DNA from: Pachysolen tannophilus NRRL Y-2460
Taxonomy: Eukaryota
DNA length: 64,000 nt
Reading direction: 5' to 3'
Assembly: GCA_001661245.1 (NCBI GenBank)
Contig: KV454014.1
Location: 636,954 to 700,953, forward strand
A program made the translations under genes and the position numbers. Of the stretch, positions 55,489 through 64,000 are shown piece after piece. Position 1 is the stretch's first letter. Each line of letters starts with the position of its first letter. The notes beneath the pieces are model-generated. The model did no database searches, was not told where the DNA came from, and saw only the letters and a program-made list of their open reading frames with translations.

Positions 55489-55810
55489 ATTGTTACTATC
55501 TAATCACTTTTTTTTTTCTCTCTTTTATAATTTGCTTGTGTTGGCGAAAATCAAATATAATTGTGTTTCCTTTAAACTGTCTTTTCTATCTTCAGTCTCA
55601 AAAAAATCAACAAAATATAGAATACTGCTGGTATAAATGTATAAATATATAAATATATAAATATATAAATATTTAATAAATATATGAAGGAATAGATTAC
55701 AACGTGGTATATAAATATCAAGAATATATTTCTAATCTATATTTTTGAAAAATAAAGGAGTCGTTAACTGATATTTATATATTATGCATAGAGAAAAAAA
55801 AAAATAATAA

Positions 55811-55846
<36 letters not shown>

Positions 55847-56837
55847 TTTAATATTATTTTCTTTGATTCTTTAAATGCTACGCTACAGGATCAAATTAGA
55901 TCGCGGTGAAAAGGGTTTATATAAAAACAAGAAAAAAAAAACCGAGCATGCAACGCTTCTTCATGCTTAATTTACTACTTTTTCTTTTGGGTTTTGTGGG
56001 GAAATTAATGCGAAGAACCGAATATTTCTCCAATACATTTTTAGTGACCCGATGACAATGCAGATTTAAACAAAAAGTCCCCTTCATCCTAAAAACTGCT
56101 AGCTATACATTTATCGCACAAACGCATAAACTTGGAAGGTCTTTTTCATTTTTTGCATTACATTTTTGGCTTAAAAAAAACCTCGCATGTTTAGAAAAGA
56201 AAGGATTCTATCGGTCGGTCTCAAGATAAAATAAATAAATAATTTGGAATTATAATTACTACCGAAAAAAAAAATTAACGGAAGGTAAAAAAAAATTGAT
56301 TAATAAGATAAGCAAGATTAAGGTTTGGGGGTAGTGCGAAAAAGTACACAGAAGGCACATAAGGCACAATACAACAATATAAGGCAGAAAATGAATTAGT
56401 ACAATTTTCTTTTTTTTTTTTTTTTTTTCTTTTGATTTTAATTAAAGTTCACAACAATTAGGCAAACGTCATTTACAACATTCGGAATGTTGTAGACCAA
56501 ATTTTCTATTATATTAGGTAGTATTATAATTTTATATTAAAACAAGGTTATGTCCCATCAATTTAACTGATAAGATAGATGGGAATTAGATTGAGTTTTT
56601 GGGTAGTTTCTCTTTATGGGTTGTCGATGCGTCGTGCACATTTAGTTGATTTCCAGTTTTTTAATTTTTTAATTTTTTTTCTATATATATATATATATTT
56701 TAAAGCTTTGTTTTAAGCGCTGAAAGCTTTAATCATCTTTCAATTAGTTGAATGGGAATAAGTTGATTGATTGATCAGTGAGTTTTCTCTTTTACTTTTT
56801 TTTTCCTTTTTTTTAAAAAAATATATATTTGGAAATA

Positions 56838-59800
56838 ATGACTGTGAGTGATTTGCTAGAATTGGAGACATTGCTATCGGACCTTCAATTAAACAAGAAT
56901 GAAAATATTGATGTTAGCGCCCATGAGGCCGCTTATGATGATGATGAGACAAATTTAGTATTGGAACTAGATCCAAATTTACAAACAACTTATAAAGAAC
57001 CAACAAAGACTAATTTACAGATTAATGAGGAGATAAGAGATTTTTTTTTAAAACCATCTACTACATTAACTTGGGATTTATTAGATATTTTTCAAACAAA
57101 AGATTTAAATGCATTATCGATTAATAATAAGATAAATGTACGAGAAAATTTTATAGATTCATTATTAACTTTACCAGAACCAATATCAAGAACTTCATTT
57201 AGATTTCAAAGAAAAGGTATTTCTGGTGAGATTGCTGGATATGAAGAAATTGTGACGGTAAATGATACTTCAAATTTATCTGCTAATACTTCTTTATCTT
57301 TGAATAGAAAATATGATGCATCAAAGACTTCATCAGTAGTTGGTGATACAAATCATTTACCATTTCAACCGGGTGGTTTGACAACTTTGAACGTTGTTGA
57401 TTATGAAAGAACTCTAGAACGTGATGCAGATGGATTATTTTATAAAGCTCCAGGTTTATCAAGAGGCTTAAATATATTAAATGATGATATTAATGATAAA
57501 GAACAAATAACTGAATTGTCAACTATAAAGAAAGAATCTCATGATTCTGCAAATTCTCATGATTTAGACCCTAATAATAATGCAAACAATGTAAGATTAA
57601 TATCAAGAGATTCATTAAAGGAAAAAATTGGATTGGAATCTCAAGATTCAAAAATTTCCAAAAATAATACAATACAAGAAGAAATCGATGATATTTTACC
57701 ATTAGATGTTTCAATAGGAATTCCTATGTCTTTAAATCAACCTGTAAGATTGGAAAGAAAACAATGGGCACATCCAGTAGATGTTAATCATCAAATTGAA
57801 AATTTCAATGAACTTATACCAAATATGGCTAGAACTTGGCCTTTTGAATTGGATACTTTCCAAAAAGAAGCAGTTTATCGGTTAGAACAAGGTGATTCAG
57901 TGTTTGTTGCTGCGCATACTTCTGCCGGTAAAACTGTTGTTGCAGAATATGCAATTGCAATGGCAAATCGAAATATGACTAAATGTATATATACATCTCC
58001 TATCAAGGCTTTATCAAATCAAAAATTTAGAGATTTTAAAAGTGAAGGACAAGATGTTGGATTAATCACAGGTGATGTTCAAATTAATCCAGATTCTAAT
58101 TGTCTTATTATGACTACCGAAATTTTAAGATCAATGTTATATAGAGGTGCTGATTTAATTAGAGATGTAGAATTTGTCATTTTTGATGAAGTTCATTATG
58201 TAAACGATATTGATAGAGGTGTTGTATGGGAAGAAGTTATTATAATGCTACCTGAGCACGTGAAGTTTATATTGTTATCTGCAACAGTTCCAAATACTTT
58301 TGAATTTGCTGACTGGGTAGGAAGAACAAAACATAAAGATATTTATGTGATTTCTACTCCAAAGAGACCAGTTCCATTAGAAATTTTTATTTGGGCTAAG
58401 AATGAAATGTTTAAAGTGGTTAACTCTCAAAGAAAATTTGTTGAATCTGATTTCAAAAGACATACCCTTTTTTTAGATAAAGTAAAAGATGAACCTAAAC
58501 AACTAAATTATAGTAATGGTACGAGAGGCGGTAAAGGTGGATCTGCTAAAGGAATGAATAGAGGTGGTGGAAAACCAGTTGCCACTAGAGGTGGAAGAGG
58601 TGGAAGAGGTGGCTCAACAGGTCAAAGATTTAGTCAACAACGTGATGGGCCTAATAAGAATACATGGCTTCAATTAGTTCAGTATTTAAAAAGACAGAAC
58701 TTATTACCAGCAGTTATATTTGTTTTCAGCAAGAAAAGATGTGAAGAATACTGTGATACATTAACCAGTGTAGATTTTTCCACCGCTAGAGAGAAATCGG
58801 AAATTCATATGTTTATTGAAAGATCAATGTCTATTTTGAAAAAGGAAGACAGAGAATTACCGCAAATATTAAAAATAAGAGAGTTATTAAGAAGAGGTAT
58901 AGCCGTTCATCATGGAGGTTTGTTGCCAATTGTTAAAGAATGCATTGAAATCTTATTTTCAAAAGGATTGATTAAAGTTTTGTTTGCTACTGAGACTTTT
59001 GCAATGGGATTAAATTTACCAACAAGAACTGTAGTCTTTAGCGAATTAAGAAAGCATGATGGTAGAGGTTTTAGAAATTTATTACCTGGAGAATTCACTC
59101 AGATGTCAGGACGTGCAGGTAGAAGAGGTTTAGATTCTACTGGTACAGTCATTGTCATGGCATATAACCAACCATTAGAAGCAGGAAATTTTAAAGAAGT
59201 GACATTGGGAACTCCAACAAAATTAAGATCTCAATTTAGGTTGACTTATAACATGATCTTGAATTTATTAAGGATTGAAGCATTGAGAGTGGAGGAAATG
59301 ATAAAACGTTCCTTTAGCGAAAATTCAACACAATCTCTATTGCCAGAACATGAAAGAGAAATCATAAGATTTGAAAAAGAATTGAATACTATAAAAATAG
59401 ATGAATGTGATCAATGTCATCTAACTGATTTGAACTTGGTGCACAAAGCTCTTGTCGATTATAAGACTTTGTATTCTGAAATAGTCAAGGAATCTTTGAA
59501 AATCTCAAGTTTGAAGTCAAAATTTAAGACTGGAAGATTATTAATGTTTAGAGATCCATCGAATTTAGTTAGACCTGGATTTATCGTTAGAACCAATTTA
59601 AATCTGAATTCTTTTGTTGTTTTAACCTTTGATGTTGGTAAAACCGCAGAAGCCAATAATACTACTGATATCCCATATATACCAATGATTAAAGGTTTTG
59701 TTAAAAAATATTTTAGCAAAATGAAATACCCTGCAGATTCTGAATTAATTTTTCAAGAAGTTGGTTTTGATCGAATTGAATTTGTTTCACTTTATGTATT

Positions 59801-60704
59801 GAAAACAAAGCTCAATGATATCATTAACAATGAGGAAGAGGCTATACTCGATGTAAGAAATAGAATCAACACTTTATTGAAATTCCAGCTTAAGTGGGAT
59901 GAATTTGATTTCAAATATTTTAGTAATTTGACGTTACTAGAATTGAATAAAAAGAAAGATGAATTATTAGACGTCATTCAAAACTCAGATATATTGAACT
60001 GTCCAAATTTTATTCACCATTTCAATCAAATCAACCACCAATATCACGTTCAAAGCAAAATTGCATCTTTAAAATCTTTAATTTCGGATGAGAATTTAGA
60101 ATTATTACCAGATTATGAACAAAGACTTTCAGTGTTGAAAGAGTTGGGTTTTGTTGACCAAGCTTTGAATGTTGTCTTGAAAGGACGTGTTGCTTGTGAA
60201 ATTAATTCAGGCTGGGAATTGATAATGACCGAGTTAGTCTTGGATAACTTTTTAGGTGAATTTGAACCTGAAGAGGTCGTTGCACTTTTATCCGCTTTTG
60301 TTTATGAGGGAAAAACAAATGACGACGAGGATATATGTATTACTCCGAGATTAGAAAGAGGAAAAGAAAAAATAAAATCTATTGCGGAAAAGACATTGCA
60401 AGTGTATGAGGCAAATCAAGTACCTCTTACCCAAGAAGAAGAAGAATTTTTAGAAAGAAAGAGGTTTAATTTGGTAAACGTAGTTTACGAATGGGCTAGG
60501 GGAATGTCTTTCAACGAAATCATGCAAATGACTAATGAGGCTGAAGGTACCATTGTAAGAGTTATTAACCGGTTGGATGAAGTTGTGAGGGAAGTAAAAA
60601 ATGTTGCATTGATTATTGGAGATTCAGTATTACATCAGAAAATGTCTCAGGCCCAGGAGTCAATAAAGAGAGACATTGTATTTTGCGCATCTTTATATAT
60701 TTGA
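56838..60704 (+). CDS. SKI2: Ski2 DExH RNA helicase
   Basis: AHTSAGKT, DEVH, LSAT, HHGGLLP, QMSGRAGRRGLD, C-terminal DSHCT ending RDIVFCASLYI. First ATG at 56838. Confidence 0.96.
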   Translation: MTVSDLLELETLLSDLQLNKNENIDVSAHEAAYDDDETNLVLELDPNLQTTYKEPTKTNLQINEEIRDFFLKPSTTLTWDLLDIFQTKDLNALSINNKINVRENFIDSLLTLPEPISRTSFRFQRKGISGEIAGYEEIVTVNDTSNLSANTSLSLNRKYDASKTSSVVGDTNHLPFQPGGLTTLNVVDYERTLERDADGLFYKAPGLSRGLNILNDDINDKEQITELSTIKKESHDSANSHDLDPNNNANNVRLISRDSLKEKIGLESQDSKISKNNTIQEEIDDILPLDVSIGIPMSLNQPVRLERKQWAHPVDVNHQIENFNELIPNMARTWPFELDTFQKEAVYRLEQGDSVFVAAHTSAGKTVVAEYAIAMANRNMTKCIYTSPIKALSNQKFRDFKSEGQDVGLITGDVQINPDSNCLIMTTEILRSMLYRGADLIRDVEFVIFDEVHYVNDIDRGVVWEEVIIMLPEHVKFILLSATVPNTFEFADWVGRTKHKDIYVISTPKRPVPLEIFIWAKNEMFKVVNSQRKFVESDFKRHTLFLDKVKDEPKQLNYSNGTRGGKGGSAKGMNRGGGKPVATRGGRGGRGGSTGQRFSQQRDGPNKNTWLQLVQYLKRQNLLPAVIFVFSKKRCEEYCDTLTSVDFSTAREKSEIHMFIERSMSILKKEDRELPQILKIRELLRRGIAVHHGGLLPIVKECIEILFSKGLIKVLFATETFAMGLNLPTRTVVFSELRKHDGRGFRNLLPGEFTQMSGRAGRRGLDSTGTVIVMAYNQPLEAGNFKEVTLGTPTKLRSQFRLTYNMILNLLRIEALRVEEMIKRSFSENSTQSLLPEHEREIIRFEKELNTIKIDECDQCHLTDLNLVHKALVDYKTLYSEIVKESLKISSLKSKFKTGRLLMFRDPSNLVRPGFIVRTNLNLNSFVVLTFDVGKTAEANNTTDIPYIPMIKGFVKKYFSKMKYPADSELIFQEVGFDRIEFVSLYVLKTKLNDIINNEEEAILDVRNRINTLLKFQLKWDEFDFKYFSNLTLLELNKKKDELLDVIQNSDILNCPNFIHHFNQINHQYHVQSKIASLKSLISDENLELLPDYEQRLSVLKELGFVDQALNVVLKGRVACEINSGWELIMTELVLDNFLGEFEPEEVVALLSAFVYEGKTNDDEDICITPRLERGKEKIKSIAEKTLQVYEANQVPLTQEEEEFLERKRFNLVNVVYEWARGMSFNEIMQMTNEAEGTIVRVINRLDEVVREVKNVALIIGDSVLHQKMSQAQESIKRDIVFCASLYI

Positions 60705-61015
60705 ACTAAATTTGATGCACATTTTCAAATTTCAATTCAAACAGTAATTTAATAAAAAGTTTATAATCTTTATTCTTCAACTCGTACGTGATTCTATATA
60801 CAGAAAGAGTCAATGAAAAAAAAAAAAAATTCAAGAATGTAGAATTAAAAATAGTAAAATAAAAGATAAAACAATTGCTCATCAATATACATAGTTGTAA
60901 TTTGAGATGAACAATTGATCAATTTTGTTTTTTTTGTCTGTTTTGTTTGTTTTTTTTGTTTTCTTTTCCTGGCTGTCTTGTCAATTTTTCATTTGAAGTT
61001 CAGAAAGGCTACAAC

Positions 61016-63580
61016 TCACTTCTTTTCATCTTCAAACTTATTAAAACCCAATGCTAAGTCACCGTTAGATTTTTCTTCCTTTCCAGCCAAATATTTGTCA
61101 AAGGCATCACTCTGACTAGGAAATGGACGTTTACCCAACAATCTGATCATATCTTCCCTAGTAATTACTTCTTTTTCTAATAATAACTCTGCAACCAATC
61201 CGAGTTCTTCGGATTTTTCAGACAACAATTGCTTACAACGAACATAGCATTCCTGGACAATTCTATGTATTTCTTCATCTATTAATTCTGCAGTTTGATC
61301 AGAATATGGCTTTGTCATATCATTACCTCTATCTTGGTTAAAGTTTATAAATCCGATTTTAGGAGACATACCACATTCAATAACCATTTTTTGGGCAATC
61401 GCAGTGACTTTTTCAAAATCATCGTGCCCACCAGAAGTAACAGATTCAAAGTGTAACTCTTCACTAACACGGCCAGCTAAGGTCATCGTCATTCTATCCA
61501 TTAATCTTTCGACGCTGTAAAGATATATATCAGGTGGTAAATACTGTGCGTATCCTAAGGCTGCAGAGCCTCTTGGAACAATACTAACTTTCAACAATGG
61601 ATCTGCATTTTTTAAATACCAACCACAAATAGCATGCCCAGCTTCGTGATATGCGACAATCCTCTTTTCTTCTGGAGAAAGAACTCTAGTTTTCTTCTCC
61701 AAGCCAGCAATAACTCTTTCAATTGCCATTTCGAAATGCTTTAATTTAACATATTCCTCATCTAAACGAGCTGCAATTAATGCAGATTCATTACAACAAT
61801 TGGCTATATCAGCACCAGAAAATCCAGGGGTAAGGGTAGCTAATCTACCTTTCAAATCTTCCAAATCTTCCTCTGGTGAAATTTTGATTTTTTTCAAATG
61901 AACTTCAAAAATACGTTTACGTCCTTCTAATTCTGGATTGTCAATTAAAACTTTCCTGTCAAATCTTCCTGGTCTTAACAAAGCACTATCTAAAACATCA
62001 GGCCTGTTAGTACCTGCCAAGACAACAACATGATCAGATGTAGAAAATCCATCCATTTCAACCAACAATTGATTCAAAGTATTTTCACGTTCATCATTAC
62101 CTCCTGTCATAGAGTTTTTAGAACGGGATTTACCAATAGCGTCGATTTCATCGATGAAGACAATAGAAGGAGCATCTTCTCTTGCAGTTTTGAATAAATC
62201 ACGAACTCTTGAGGCACCAACACCAACAAACATTTCAACAAATTCTGAACCAGAAACTGAATAAAATGGGACACCAGCTTCCCCAGCGGTAGCCTTAGCT
62301 AATAATGTCTTACCAGTACCAGGTGGTCCTGATAATATAGCACCTCTTGGAATCTTGGCGCCTAACTTTTCATACTTCTTTGGGTTTTTCAAAAATTTAA
62401 CAAATTCCATAATTTCTTCTTTTGCTTCATCACATCCAGCAACGTCTTCAAATTTTACCTTGACATCCTTTTCTAAATTGAATTTCTTGGCCTTAGATTT
62501 CCCAGCTCCAAAGATACCACCACCTATACCGTTAGCACTTTTAGCTGCTTTCTTAGTAATCCAGTATAATCCATAAAGCATCAAAATAGTTGGTAAGAAG
62601 GCAAACAATCCCTTAAGTAAACTACCTTGAGTAGTATAAATTATAGGAACTCTAAATTCTTCTTGAACACCATTTTCTTCTTGTGCCTTCAACATATTAT
62701 GTTCAAACTTATCAATTGAACCAATAGTGAAATAATATTCGACATTATTGTTTAAAGCGTTTTGTTTACCATTTTCATTTAAAATGACATAAACAGTACT
62801 TTTATTAGCAACTACCAATTTTTCAACAAAACCTTTATCTAATAAACTGGTTCTAAATTCTTGCCAAGTTATTTCTGTTTGTGGGGAACTTGTTGAAGTT
62901 ATAACATATAATAATAGGGCAAATGACAAAAGATAAAGAATTGCTAAATCTGGTCTAATTTCCAAGACTGTAAATTTAATTTCTTTATCATTTTTCTTTT
63001 CATCTTTAATTTCTGATGAACTTGTTTGATTATTTAATTCTTCTTTTTGTTCATATTTTCTCTTGGTATGATATAATAAAATGCTACTATGCAATTTTTG
63101 AATGTTTAAAAATCTAGTATCCATATTAACATCTTGATCTTCTAAAATCAATTTTGATAATTGAACAATTACTGGATCATCTAATGTCCCAATTTTATGT
63201 TTTTCAAATAATTCATTAATAGCATCTGATTTTTGTTTAACATCTAAACTTTGATTTTCCCAGATTTTACTTATTTCCTTATAAATTTCTCCAGCTTCTT
63301 GATTTATCGAATTTTTATTATTCTTATCAAATTCTTCTTGATTCTTTAATGATGTTGAATGGAAAGATCTAACTTGAAATTGTAATACATTCTTATTAAA
63401 ATTCAATAATGGAAAATTATTTTTTGAAATTATTCTAGTTTTAAACCCATTCCTAATTTCCAATGGTATTGACTTTATAGTCATTTTATTCACTATAGGT
63501 TTACTACTTAGAACAGTATTCATACTTCGCAAAGTACTACTACTATTCACAAACCGTCTCATTACAAATTTTGGGAACAT
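61016..63580 (-). CDS. YTA12: Mitochondrial m-AAA protease subunit
   Basis: [25 protein letters not shown]...YYFTIGSID resembles Yta12 more than Afg3. First ATG at 63580. Confidence 0.88.
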   Translation of the reverse strand: MFPKFVMRRFVNSSSTLRSMNTVLSSKPIVNKMTIKSIPLEIRNGFKTRIISKNNFPLLNFNKNVLQFQVRSFHSTSLKNQEEFDKNNKNSINQEAGEIYKEISKIWENQSLDVKQKSDAINELFEKHKIGTLDDPVIVQLSKLILEDQDVNMDTRFLNIQKLHSSILLYHTKRKYEQKEELNNQTSSSEIKDEKKNDKEIKFTVLEIRPDLAILYLLSFALLLYVITSTSSPQTEITWQEFRTSLLDKGFVEKLVVANKSTVYVILNENGKQNALNNNVEYYFTIGSIDKFEHNMLKAQEENGVQEEFRVPIIYTTQGSLLKGLFAFLPTILMLYGLYWITKKAAKSANGIGGGIFGAGKSKAKKFNLEKDVKVKFEDVAGCDEAKEEIMEFVKFLKNPKKYEKLGAKIPRGAILSGPPGTGKTLLAKATAGEAGVPFYSVSGSEFVEMFVGVGASRVRDLFKTAREDAPSIVFIDEIDAIGKSRSKNSMTGGNDERENTLNQLLVEMDGFSTSDHVVVLAGTNRPDVLDSALLRPGRFDRKVLIDNPELEGRKRIFEVHLKKIKISPEEDLEDLKGRLATLTPGFSGADIANCCNESALIAARLDEEYVKLKHFEMAIERVIAGLEKKTRVLSPEEKRIVAYHEAGHAICGWYLKNADPLLKVSIVPRGSAALGYAQYLPPDIYLYSVERLMDRMTMTLAGRVSEELHFESVTSGGHDDFEKVTAIAQKMVIECGMSPKIGFINFNQDRGNDMTKPYSDQTAELIDEEIHRIVQECYVRCKQLLSEKSEELGLVAELLLEKEVITREDMIRLLGKRPFPSQSDAFDKYLAGKEEKSNGDLALGFNKFEDEKK

Positions 63581-64000
63581 TTTCAAATCAAAAAAAAAAA
63601 AAATTAAAAAAAAATTTTCTAATTAATTAATTATTTGAAAACCAAATGCAACCATAAACAAGCATCAAAATATCTAGCAACAATGAATAAATTATATTCT
63701 ATTTGACTATTAAATGGTATAGTTTTATTGTCGTCGGTTGAGATGATATATAGCACAAGAAGAACTCGAGGCAAAAAAAAAAGCCGCCACGAACCTCTTC
63801 TCTTTCTCTAAGAAAACAATTTGGATTGCGATGCACTACTACCAAACCACCAAACCACCAAACTAATTGACAATTGATAATTGATAATGATGTCTTGAGG
63901 AATAAACCTCATTCTTGTTACAATTAGTTGGTTGTTGGTTATTGATTTGTTGATAAGTCTGTTGCTGGGGAAATGTTTTTTCTTTTTTTTTTTTTAATAA

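Overview
AT-rich budding-yeast (Saccharomycotina) chromosomal segment with three N-gaps and about 26 protein-coding genes: NIP1 (5'-truncated), ZRG8, an HMG-box factor, a Rab5-family GTPase, IKS1, SSH1, TAE1/NTM1, a FAR1/AFT-type zinc-finger factor, VMA13, TIF5, BIR1, GRR1, ERV2, TIP41, STE18, EMC2, a D-amino-acid oxidase, JSN1/PUF2, MAM33, RPP1, SFC1, SKI2, YTA12 and three orphans. Several conserved Ala positions are encoded by CTG, so the organism probably uses the CUG=Ala code (Pachysolen/Nakazawaea-type) and the supplied translations are probably wrong at CTG codons. Features missed by the ORF track include a dual-guide box C/D snoRNA (snR60 orthologue), the intron-split RPP1 gene, micro first exons of SSH1 and VMA13, and a three-exon orphan gene with unusual splice sites divergent from STE18. 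Other leads are a 13-CTG cluster in TIP41, a possible Mam1-like meiotic orphan, tandem PUF elements behind the DAO gene, a CGG 9-bp array and a structured candidate ncRNA next to RPP1. Gene names come from recalled protein-family motifs, not from database searches.
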